A stretch of 24,785 bases of DNA from a virus (lineage: Duplodnaviria; Caudoviricetes). The stretch lies in IMG/VR virus record IMGVR_UViG_3300010366_000065, positions 1 to 24,785 of that record; one strand, given 5' to 3'. Every line of letters starts with the position of its first letter. The first letter of the stretch is position 1. This document shows positions 7,783 through 14,395 of this stretch, one piece after another. Both the position numbers and the translations under genes were made by a program. Below the pieces are notes generated by a model. It was given only the letters and a program-made list of their open reading frames with translations, did no database searches and had not been told where the DNA came from.

Positions 7783-9336
7783 TCAGGCCGCCAGGTGGCT
7801 GGGCACCAGCTGCACCCGGTCATCTACCGTCAGAGCCCTGGCCCCGCCGTTGCCTGGGGCAACCGTGATGGTGGGGCCGAATGCCCGCTGGATCATGGCC
7901 CGCTTTTCAGCTGCGGTCATGGCGTCCCAGTCCAGCTGACGCGGCAGCGGGGTGCTGACCTCGGCTGCCAGCTGGGCCTGCTCATCCTGGACCGCTGCCA
8001 GGCGGGCCTTGACCACTGCCCGCAGCTGGTCATATTCGGCATCATCGGCCAGGTCCAGGGCCAGGTTGCCCAGCCGCTTGCGCCACCTGGCGGCCTCGGC
8101 CTCTAGTTCGTCCTGGCGGGCTGTCAGCGCGGCTGTGTCGGCCTGGGACGCGGCATACCAGTCAGAGCCTGCGGCCCACCCTTCCAGGCTGTCTCTGACC
8201 TTCCTGTGCAGCTGGTCAGCGCTGATGGACACACCCCGGCAGGCCCTGGTGATGGGCAGCCCGTCCCGGCCCACCAGCTTGGGGTGGGGGTTTTTGCAGC
8301 TATAGCTGGGGGTGGTCCTGATGACCTGCCACTGGCCCCCGATCTTGCGCCGGTCATACATCGGCTGCCCGGTCAGCTGGTTGAGGCAGACGCCACACCG
8401 CAGGATGGGGCCTAGCGGGTACTGGTCAGGGTCGATGGCCTGGCCCCTTTCGCGGCTGGCGAACACTGCCCGCACTTCCCAGTACAGCTGCGGCGGCAGG
8501 GGGCTGGGCTCGCCGGTCGGCCCCGCGATGGCACCCGGCTTGCTGCTGGGCACCAGGCGGCCTTTGCGGTTCCTGACCATGGGCCGCCGCTCGGTCATCA
8601 GGCCATAGGTGATGGGCCGCTGCAGGGCCGCCCGCAGCTGCTTAAGGCTCACCCGCTGGCCCCTGCTGTCATGTACCCAGCTGCCTGGTTCGGCCGTCCA
8701 GCGGCCTTCCAGGGCTTCCCAGATGGCAGTCAGGGCCTGGCCCTGGATGACCTGGGGGGCAACCTCGGCCAGCAGGCCAGCGGCTGTGGGCTCAACCACC
8801 CAGATGGCCTGCCTGCCCTCACCCTGCAGCTGATAGCCCAGGGGCGGGCTGCCGCCCATGACATAGCGCATGCGGCCTGCCTCTCGGGCCACGTCACGGT
8901 GGTCCCGGCCTCGGCGGCTGGTGCTGTCCGACTGATTGATGACTACGGCAGCCATGATGCGAAACACCATACGGGCATCAGCGTTCGCCCCCAGGTCCAG
9001 CACCTGCTGGGGGGTGATCAGCGGCAGCCCATTCTGGGTGGTGACTTTCAGCAGCCTTTCACTGTCGGTGCCGTTTCGGGCCAGCCGGTCAAAGTGGTAA
9101 GACATGGCCCCGTCAAAGCGGCCAGAGGCCAGGGCTTCCAGATAGGCTTCCCAGCCTGGCCGGTAAACCGACTCATCCCAGGCTGACAGGTCATCATCGC
9201 TGAAATACTCAGCAATGCTATTGCCGTTTGCCTGGGCATGGGCCTGCTGCATTCTTTCCTGGTCATCCACTGATGTCAGGGTGCCGTCCGGGTTACTGCT
9301 CAGCCGCGAATAGGCGGCCAGGGCCTGGTATGTCAT
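7783..9336 (-). CDS. int: Large serine recombinase (integrase)
   Basis: YSRLS catalytic motif, FSDDDLSA, RPG, DRLARN, PPLGY recombinase domain, Zn ribbon (CGVC...YSC...C) and coiled coil; 517 aa. Confidence 0.95.
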   Translation of the reverse strand: MTYQALAAYSRLSSNPDGTLTSVDDQERMQQAHAQANGNSIAEYFSDDDLSAWDESVYRPGWEAYLEALASGRFDGAMSYHFDRLARNGTDSERLLKVTTQNGLPLITPQQVLDLGANADARMVFRIMAAVVINQSDSTSRRGRDHRDVAREAGRMRYVMGGSPPLGYQLQGEGRQAIWVVEPTAAGLLAEVAPQVIQGQALTAIWEALEGRWTAEPGSWVHDSRGQRVSLKQLRAALQRPITYGLMTERRPMVRNRKGRLVPSSKPGAIAGPTGEPSPLPPQLYWEVRAVFASRERGQAIDPDQYPLGPILRCGVCLNQLTGQPMYDRRKIGGQWQVIRTTPSYSCKNPHPKLVGRDGLPITRACRGVSISADQLHRKVRDSLEGWAAGSDWYAASQADTAALTARQDELEAEAARWRKRLGNLALDLADDAEYDQLRAVVKARLAAVQDEQAQLAAEVSTPLPRQLDWDAMTAAEKRAMIQRAFGPTITVAPGNGGARALTVDDRVQLVPSHLAA

Positions 9337-9351
9337 GGTGGGTTCCTCTCT

Positions 9352-9377
9352 GGCCCCAGGGCCTGAGCCCTGGGGCC
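9352..9377. repeat. Palindrome GGCCCCAGGGC-N4-GCCCTGGGGCC, copy 1
   Basis: Perfect 11-bp arms directly 5' of the integrase RBS. Confidence 0.85.
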
Positions 9378-9384
9378 TTACTTG

Positions 9385-9870
9385 TCAGGCCAGGGGGACG
9401 GTGACGGTCAGGGGCTCAGCTGGTCCCTGCCGCATCGACCACGGCGGTATCTGGTAGCGCTCACGGATAAGCCCCTCAGCCTCGGCCCCGGCCACTTCCC
9501 GCAGGTCATGGCGGCTGATGGGGTCAAAGCCCATGCTGGCGACAGCCCAGGGCTGGCCATCGACCGTGACCACATCCCCGACCGACAGGGACCGCAGACG
9601 GCGGGCACGGTAGGCCGCAGCAATGGGGTGCGGCGGGTCCTGCTCATGGCCGATGTTGAATACCTCCCAGGCATCGGCCAGCAGCACCTGGGCCAGGTGG
9701 TCATCCAGCTGGTCAGGCATCTGGACCTGGTACTCAAAGACTTTGACCAGCGGGTGCCGGTCCTTTGGGTCAGCGTTTACCCGCCCGCCAGCCTGCAGCC
9801 TGACATTCAGGCCAAAGCTGGCGTCTGGGTCGATGTTGTGATGAATCGTGACTTTGATCATGCGGGCCAT
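9385..9870 (-). CDS. YodL-like domain protein
   Basis: EVFNIG...RSLSVGDVVTVDG-x-x-W-x-VASMGF resembles the YodL motif (HSLSVSDVV...YVDxxGF); repeated leader. Confidence 0.75.
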   Translation of the reverse strand: MARMIKVTIHHNIDPDASFGLNVRLQAGGRVNADPKDRHPLVKVFEYQVQMPDQLDDHLAQVLLADAWEVFNIGHEQDPPHPIAAAYRARRLRSLSVGDVVTVDGQPWAVASMGFDPISRHDLREVAGAEAEGLIRERYQIPPWSMRQGPAEPLTVTVPLA

Positions 9871-9885
9871 GGTGGTGGGTTCCTT

Positions 9886-10116
9886 TCAGATGTTGCGGCT
9901 GGTGGGCTGGTTCATTCGGTACTCAGCGAGGATGCGCCCGACGCTGGCGGTTTCCACGCGGACGGCGGCATTAGTGGCCAGGTCAGCGAGGAAGTTAAGG
10001 CACTCAGCCAGGCTGCCCCGGTAGTGGTGCCTGGTGGTGGGCTGCTGGTATTCCGTGTCACCCATCTGCCTGGTGGTGGCCTCGGCAACGTAGCTGCTGC
10101 CTGCGGTGTCTTTCAT
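9886..10116 (-). CDS. Hypothetical protein (76 aa)
   Basis: Repeated leader at the start; fills the space between leaders. Confidence 0.8.
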   Translation of the reverse strand: MKDTAGSSYVAEATTRQMGDTEYQQPTTRHHYRGSLAECLNFLADLATNAAVRVETASVGRILAEYRMNQPTSRNI

Positions 10117-10138
10117 GGTGGGTTCCTTTCGTGGTGAT

Positions 10139-10164
10139 GGCCCCAGGGCTGGTGCCCTGGGGCC
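10139..10164. repeat. Palindrome GGCCCCAGGGC-N4-GCCCTGGGGCC, copy 2
   Basis: Arms identical to 9352-9377, loop differs (TGGT vs CTGA). Confidence 0.85.
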
Positions 10165-10170
10165 TGGCGG

Positions 10171-10311
10171 CTAGTTGACCGGCCGGTGGGTGCCCTCGGG
10201 GTCATGAGGGCTGGCGGCAATCAGGTGCTGGTCCAGGTCGGCCTGGCTGGTGCCTGGGTATCCGCAGATGCAGTCCCAGCGGCCCGTGGTGCCCTGGCGG
10301 CTCTGGCTCAT
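10171..10311 (-). CDS. Small putative zinc-finger protein (46 aa)
   Basis: Hand translation MSQSRQGTTGRWDCICGYPGTSQADLDQHLIAASPHDPEGTHRPVN; GAGAGGAAGGGACCACCGAC leader; not in the ORF track. Confidence 0.75.
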   Translation of the reverse strand: MSQSRQGTTGRWDCICGYPGTSQADLDQHLIAASPHDPEGTHRPVN

Positions 10312-10329
10312 GTCGGTGGTCCCTTCCTC

Positions 10330-10653
10330 TCAGCCGATGTAGTGATTCAGCTGTGCGGCGCACGCGGTCAGCTGGTCAGCGCGGGCCAGGTGCCTAAGCG
10401 CTGTGCGCCGGTCCCGGTCGGTGATCGTTTCGGCGGCCAGCAGCTGGTGGGCCTCGGCTGCCAGCTGGCGGGCCTGGACAGCCCAGCCGCTGGCGATGGC
10501 CGCAGCTGTGGTGTTGTGCGGCTGCCAGCTGTCAGGGATCGCGGGGGCCTCAGCCTTTGCCGCGTCCTCACGGGCACAGGCCAGGCAGCCCAGGTCAGCT
10601 GTGGTGCCAGGCCGCAGGCCGTGGCCCCAGCCGTCGTGGTGGCGGGTTTCCAT
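10330..10653 (-). CDS. Hypothetical protein
   Basis: Start ATG 10653 defined by the repeated leader; H...CLAC then helical region. Confidence 0.8.
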   Translation of the reverse strand: METRHHDGWGHGLRPGTTADLGCLACAREDAAKAEAPAIPDSWQPHNTTAAAIASGWAVQARQLAAEAHQLLAAETITDRDRRTALRHLARADQLTACAAQLNHYIG

Positions 10654-10679
10654 GGTGGTGGGTTCCTTTCGGTCGGTGA

Positions 10680-10988
10680 TCATGGGCGGGCATGGGCACG
10701 GGCCACGGTGCCGCAGTCGCGGCACTCATCCCCGTATTCCGTGACAGCCCACCAGTCCAGGGTCCTGGGGCAGGCCGCCTGCAGCCGGGCGGTGACCTCG
10801 GCAGCGGCCTGGTCCAGGCAGGCCATGGCGTCCAGCCGCTGGGGGCTGAATAGGGCCACGGTGATGGCCACGGCATAGACCTCAGCGGGGGTGGCCTCGG
10901 GGGCATTCGGCTGGTCCTGGACCAGCCATGCGCGATGGGCCGCAGCCTCAGCAGCTGCGGTCATCGGGGTGGTCATGTGGGCTGCCAT
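10680..10988 (-). CDS. Hypothetical protein
   Basis: Start ATG 10988 defined by the repeated leader; C-terminal C...CRDCG. Confidence 0.8.
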   Translation of the reverse strand: MAAHMTTPMTAAAEAAAHRAWLVQDQPNAPEATPAEVYAVAITVALFSPQRLDAMACLDQAAAEVTARLQAACPRTLDWWAVTEYGDECRDCGTVARAHARP

Positions 10989-11031
10989 GTGGTGGGTTCC
11001 CTTCCTATCCCCCCTGGTGGGGGGCTGTGCG

Positions 11032-11052
11032 CGTTGCACGTAGGGTGCAACG
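11032..11052. promoter_or_regulatory. Operator-like palindrome CGTTGCAC-N5-GTGCAACG
   Basis: Perfect 8-bp arms in the intergenic region heading the integrase-containing operon. Confidence 0.55.
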
Positions 11053-11062
11053 TTTGGTGTAT

Positions 11063-11104
11063 GCCTTAGAATTCCCGACCCCAACGGGGCGGGCACTCTA
11101 AGGC
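11063..11104 (-). terminator. Long hairpin, probable terminator of the GntR operon
   Basis: GCCTTAGA...CCCG-A-CCCC-AAC-GGGG-CGGG...TCTAAGGC nested stem 17 nt after the stop at 11122; no U tract. Confidence 0.45.
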
Positions 11105-11121
11105 GTTGACCTGCGGGCTGG

Positions 11122-11319
11122 TCAGGCATCCAGCCGGGCGGCAATCCGCTGAGCCGTCTGCAGTTTGGCCAGTGCCCGCCTTAGGGCGGCTTCCTCGCGG
11201 CGGGCCATGCCCCAGGGGAAGATCGGCGGCCCTTCCACCTGGGCAACTTCCTGAGCGGCAAAGGCCAGGGCCTGGGCTTCCAGGCGGGTCAGCCTCAGCC
11301 TCACCTGCCTAGCGGCCAT
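11122..11319 (-). CDS. Hypothetical protein (65 aa)
   Basis: Likely start ATG 11319 with GGGGAGG RBS; VRLRLTRLEAQAL...AALRRALAKL. Confidence 0.7.
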   Translation of the reverse strand: MAARQVRLRLTRLEAQALAFAAQEVAQVEGPPIFPWGMARREEAALRRALAKLQTAQRIAARLDA

Positions 11320-11512
11320 CTGTCGGGCCATCCTCCCCGAGGGCGGCCAGCAGGTGGCCACGGATCGTGGGCAGCACCTGGGCCGCCCATTCGGCTGGGG
11401 TGGTCCTGTCATCCCCGAGGGCAAGCGGGGCCACGATGACGCGGCTGTGCAGCTGCCAGGCAGCGCCAGGGGCCGCCCTGGTTTCGATGGTGACGCGGGC
11501 CTCTGTCAGCAT
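11309..11512 (-). CDS. Hypothetical protein (67 aa)
   Basis: Likely start ATG 11512 with GGGGAGG RBS, overlapping the upstream stop (ATGCTGA). Confidence 0.65.
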   Translation of the reverse strand: MLTEARVTIETRAAPGAAWQLHSRVIVAPLALGDDRTTPAEWAAQVLPTIRGHLLAALGEDGPTDGR

Positions 11513-11733
11513 GGCGGGCCATCCTCCCCGGCTGGCCCGTCTGGGTCCCCTGGCGGGGGCCAGCTGCCGCTGCCCTGGCACAGGCAGCATGGGTCCCCTT
11601 CCTGGTGCAGCGGCCCGTCATGCAGGCACATGGTCAGCGGCTGCAGCTGGCCTGAGCCCAGGCATAGCGGGCACTTGCCTGCAGCGATGGCAGCCGAATA
11701 GGGGCCGCCCTCGGCAGCCTCGGGGGCGGGCAT
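11506..11733 (-). CDS. Small DnaJ-type zinc-finger protein
   Basis: Two CxxCxGxG motifs (CPLCLGSG, CCLCQGSG); starts 1 nt after the GntR stop. Confidence 0.75.
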   Translation of the reverse strand: MPAPEAAEGGPYSAAIAAGKCPLCLGSGQLQPLTMCLHDGPLHQEGDPCCLCQGSGSWPPPGDPDGPAGEDGPPC

Positions 11734-11734
11734 G

Positions 11735-11980
11735 TCAGGCCGCGTCCCCCGTGGTCACAAAGGTGCCCCGGCCGGTCACGATGGCCACCAAACCCTCATC
11801 CACCAGGGCCTGCACCGCACGGCGGGCAGTGCCCTGGCTGATGCCGTACTCAGCCGCCAGCTGCGGCCCTGACGGTATCGGCCGGTCGGGGGCCAGTTCC
11901 CCGCTGGCGATGGCTTCCCGCAGGATGGCCGCCAGCTGCAGGTATTTGAGAGTGCCGCTCTGGTGATCAATCTGCCTCAT
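11735..11980 (-). CDS. GntR-family winged-HTH regulator (HTH domain only)
   Basis: YLQLAAILREAIASGELAPDRPIPS-x-x-QLAAEYGIS-x-GTARRAVQALVDEGLV...GRGTFV; start ATG 11980 (alternative 12004). Confidence 0.93.
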   Translation of the reverse strand: MRQIDHQSGTLKYLQLAAILREAIASGELAPDRPIPSGPQLAAEYGISQGTARRAVQALVDEGLVAIVTGRGTFVTTGDAA

Positions 11981-11993
11981 GGGTGACAGCTTA
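11981..11993 (-). promoter_or_regulatory. Probable leaderless promoter (-10 element) of the GntR gene
   Basis: Minus strand TAAGCT-N7-ATG, with no Shine-Dalgarno sequence. Confidence 0.5.
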
Positions 11994-12031
11994 GTCAGGG
12001 CCATGGCCAGTCAGCCAGGGTTAGGCATAGT

Positions 12032-12361
12032 GTGACAGTGACCACCACACCAGGTAGTCAGACAGCCACCAGAGGGGATGGGGTCACGGTGACGGACGCG
12101 GGCCAGCTGACCAGGCAGGAAATTGACCTGCTGCAACGGCTGAGGGGTGAGTATCCAGACTGGGCTTTCCGGGGCCTCTGGGTGCCCACCAGCGCTGGTG
12201 AGAATTGGGATAACTGGATGATTCCGCCACCCCCAGACAGGTACAAAGTCATTGCCCAGCGTGACGGCATGACCGTGGTGGCATTCAGCGAGGATGAACT
12301 AACCAAAGGGATAAAGGAAGCTGAGGCAGGGCATGGCGAAAGTAATAGTGACGCTGGATGA
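12032..12361 (+). CDS. Hypothetical protein divergent from GntR
   Basis: 109 aa, globular composition (LRGEYPDW...VVAFSEDEL); start uncertain. Confidence 0.75.
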   Translation: MTVTTTPGSQTATRGDGVTVTDAGQLTRQEIDLLQRLRGEYPDWAFRGLWVPTSAGENWDNWMIPPPPDRYKVIAQRDGMTVVAFSEDELTKGIKEAEAGHGESNSDAG

Positions 12362-12767
12362 CCTGGACAAAGCCGATGGCCAGGAAACACGGGCCAGCAT
12401 AACCAGGCAGCTGGTGTTAATCGACCTGGACTCAGCGGGCCAGGTCACCAGCCGCCAGGCTGTGGAATTGGACCTGACAGCGGAACACTCAAAGGCCCTG
12501 GATGCCCTGCTGGCCCCATACCTGGCCGCTGGCGAACCGATAGGGGAAACCCCCAGCCGCCCAAAAGGCCCCAGTAAGCGGCGATTTAACGGCCGTGCCC
12601 TCACCCCCGAGACAACGGCAATGCTGGACTGGGCCGACAGCCAGGGGTGGGCCTATGAAAGCAAATCGCGCAACGGTGATGACCGGACCTATTACCCAGA
12701 GCCCATGAAAGCCGCCTGGCGCATCCATCAGCGCGAAATGGCCCAGCGGAACGGGGGCCAGTCGTGA
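12333..12767 (+). CDS. lsr2: Lsr2-like nucleoid-associated protein, copy 1
   Basis: MAKVIVTLDDLD...ELDLT-x-EH-x-x-AL-x-x-LLAPYLAAG dimerisation domain; C-terminal AMLDWADSQG...P-x-x-x-x-AAW; RGR hook absent. Confidence 0.85.
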   Translation: MAKVIVTLDDLDKADGQETRASITRQLVLIDLDSAGQVTSRQAVELDLTAEHSKALDALLAPYLAAGEPIGETPSRPKGPSKRRFNGRALTPETTAMLDWADSQGWAYESKSRNGDDRTYYPEPMKAAWRIHQREMAQRNGGQS

Positions 12768-13198
12768 GGAAAGTTATCACCAGGATTGTGGCCTGGGATG
12801 ACCTGGACCTGGCCGATGGCACAGAGACTGAGGCAGACAAAGCGGGGACCCTGGCATGGGCGGGCAGGTCGGTGGACCTGGACCTGACCGGGGATCACCA
12901 TGACCAGCTGACAAAGTTACTGGCCCCCTATTTCAAGGCGGGCCGCAGGTCAGCCGACCGGACCAGCAAACTGCCCGACAGCCAGAGGCTGCGGCAGCCG
13001 CCCACCCCGCTGGCCAGGGCTCGCCGGTATAACGATGAAATGGCCACCTGGGCTGCGGCCCAGGGCCTGCCATTTACGGCAGCCGACAAAGCCAGTGGCC
13101 GCAAGCGAGTATTCCCGACCGAAACTCAGCATGCATTCGCTGAGCACCTTAGGCGAGAGGGGATTTCAGCATGGTGGATACCTGACCGGACAGCTTAA
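12764..13198 (+). CDS. lsr2: Lsr2-like nucleoid-associated protein, copy 2
   Basis: WDDLD...EAD...DLDLT-x-DH-x-x-QL-x-x-LLAPYFKAGRR; C-terminal EMATWAAAQG...GRKRVFP-x-x-x-x-HAF; GTGA overlap with copy 1. Confidence 0.85.
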   Translation: MRKVITRIVAWDDLDLADGTETEADKAGTLAWAGRSVDLDLTGDHHDQLTKLLAPYFKAGRRSADRTSKLPDSQRLRQPPTPLARARRYNDEMATWAAAQGLPFTAADKASGRKRVFPTETQHAFAEHLRREGISAWWIPDRTA

Positions 13199-13324
13199 CT
13201 ACCCAGGCAAGTGAGGATGTGTTTAACAGTGCCGGATACCCGCCAAACCAGCATGATGTTAGACCGGGGCTATACGTGCCCCCAGCAAGATGGCTGGTGG
13301 ATTCAGAAAGGACAGACAGGCATA

Positions 13325-13609
13325 GTGCGAGCGTATTTCGATGGTGGGGACACCACAGCCCCTGGGGCCACCATCATTGTGGAAGATCGGGACGGCGGCC
13401 TGGCCTGGCAGGCTGACCTGATCCTGCCACCCCAGCAGCTGCTGCTAACCAATCTCACCCTGGCTGAGCGGCAGGCAATGTGCCTGGCTCAGCGGCCCCC
13501 AGAGCCCCGCCACGCCAGGACCCAGCCAGCCACCCATGCCAGGCCCTGGCGGGCCGCCTGGGGCCGCCCTGGGGCCAGGCTGTGGCAGACGCGGGGTGAT
13601 GGCCTGTGA
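13325..13609 (+). CDS. Hypothetical protein
   Basis: Frame open from 13211; GTG 13325 follows an AGAAAGGA RBS; GTGA overlap with the next gene. Confidence 0.65.
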   Translation: MRAYFDGGDTTAPGATIIVEDRDGGLAWQADLILPPQQLLLTNLTLAERQAMCLAQRPPEPRHARTQPATHARPWRAAWGRPGARLWQTRGDGL

Positions 13610-13839
13610 GCCGCCTAACCGACCTGGCCCGGATGCGGCCCGAGGGCCGCATTGCCGCATTCATCACGGCGGCCCAGGCAGCTGGCATCAGGCTGCAGCC
13701 AGAGCAGATGGCAGCTGTCCGCAGCTGGTCAAGGGACATTCAGGCCACCCGCGCTGTGGACCTGGAACGGGCACAGCCCGGCCAGCTGCCCGCCTGGACT
13801 GCGGGCTGGGCTGGGCTGCCCGAGGGGCGGCCAGGATGA
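13606..13839 (+). CDS. Hypothetical protein (77 aa)
   Basis: 4-bp overlaps on both sides. Confidence 0.7.
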   Translation: MSRLTDLARMRPEGRIAAFITAAQAAGIRLQPEQMAAVRSWSRDIQATRAVDLERAQPGQLPAWTAGWAGLPEGRPG

Positions 13840-14051
13840 CCGGCAGGGCCGCCGAGGGCGGCAGGGCAAACCGTGCCCAGCTGGCCCTGGTGGCTGGCTC
13901 AGCGTTCCTGCTCGGGGCTGGTGCCGTGACCGTGGCCCTGGCCTGGTTCCTCGGCAAGCGGCTCACGGTGCGGGCTGGGGTGGTCCGGGTGATGGACCCA
14001 GCCGAGGATGGCCAGGCGGCCAGAGCATCGGCCAGGACCGGGCAGGATTAG
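13836..14051 (+). CDS. Small single-pass membrane protein (71 aa)
   Basis: Start ATG 13836 (ATGA overlap); hydrophobic LALVAGSAFLLGAGAVTVALAWFL followed by GKR. Confidence 0.7.
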   Translation: MTGRAAEGGRANRAQLALVAGSAFLLGAGAVTVALAWFLGKRLTVRAGVVRVMDPAEDGQAARASARTGQD

Positions 14052-14054
14052 ACC

Positions 14055-14140
14055 GGGCAGGCACCCACCAGCTGCGGGCCGCTTTCAAGCATCCCCGGCC
14101 CGTCCCTGGGGTGAAATCGACAGCACCAGGGTGCCTGCCC
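14055..14140. terminator. Large stem-loop between convergent operons (bidirectional terminator or structured RNA)
   Basis: Perfect 12-bp GGGCAGGCACCC/GGGTGCCTGCCC with nested inner stems, filling the intergenic gap. Confidence 0.55.
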
Positions 14141-14143
14141 CCT

Positions 14144-14386
14144 TTATGGCACAGGTTTGGGGCCAGCGGGCCTCTCGGGGGCAGGCCCGCTGGCCCCATT
14201 TTGCATGCGGTTCCCGAGGAAGCCGCCGACAAAGGCACCCAGCAGCGGGGCCACAATGTCAATGACGGCATACCAGGCCCCTGGGATATCCCCGTTGGGG
14301 ATTGCATAGGTGTATAAGGCCCAGATGATGAGGCCACCGATGGCAGCGCCAATGGCGGCCCCGTCAACTTCCTTTGAGGGTCGCAC
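14144..14386 (-). CDS. Holin (putative, 2 TM helices)
   Basis: Two hydrophobic segments, 80 aa, directly after the endolysin. Confidence 0.8.
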   Translation of the reverse strand: MRPSKEVDGAAIGAAIGGLIIWALYTYAIPNGDIPGAWYAVIDIVAPLLGAFVGGFLGNRMQNGASGPAPERPAGPKPVP

Positions 14387-14395
14387 GGCAGCCCC

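Larger units (their letters stand above)
9334..11005 (-). repeat. Start-associated repeated leader GA(A/G)AGGAACCCACC(ACC)ATG on six consecutive genes
   Basis: Copies at 9334-9350, 9868-9887, 10114-10130, 10309-10331 (degenerate), 10651-10670 and 10986-11005; also at 1810-1826. Confidence 0.85.

Noticed and set aside
7435-8106. Plus-strand ORF as the possible missing CI repressor
   Set aside because: No HTH pattern; overlaps the integrase, terminator and cro promoter
9382-10878. Long plus-strand ORFs (9382-10137, 10186-10878)
   Set aside because: Antisense shadows of minus-strand genes that have clear leaders; expected at high GC
9334-11024. Repeats as a CRISPR array (with the Cas4-like nuclease at 6293-7051)
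   Set aside because: Spacing is irregular and gene-sized, and the repeats are RBS leaders; the nuclease is paired with RecT as a recombination module
12061-12070. GACAGCCACC shared with the minus strand at 1831-1840, both upstream of purine-rich RBS-like sequence
   Set aside because: Only 10 bp and two copies; too weak to call without a motif search
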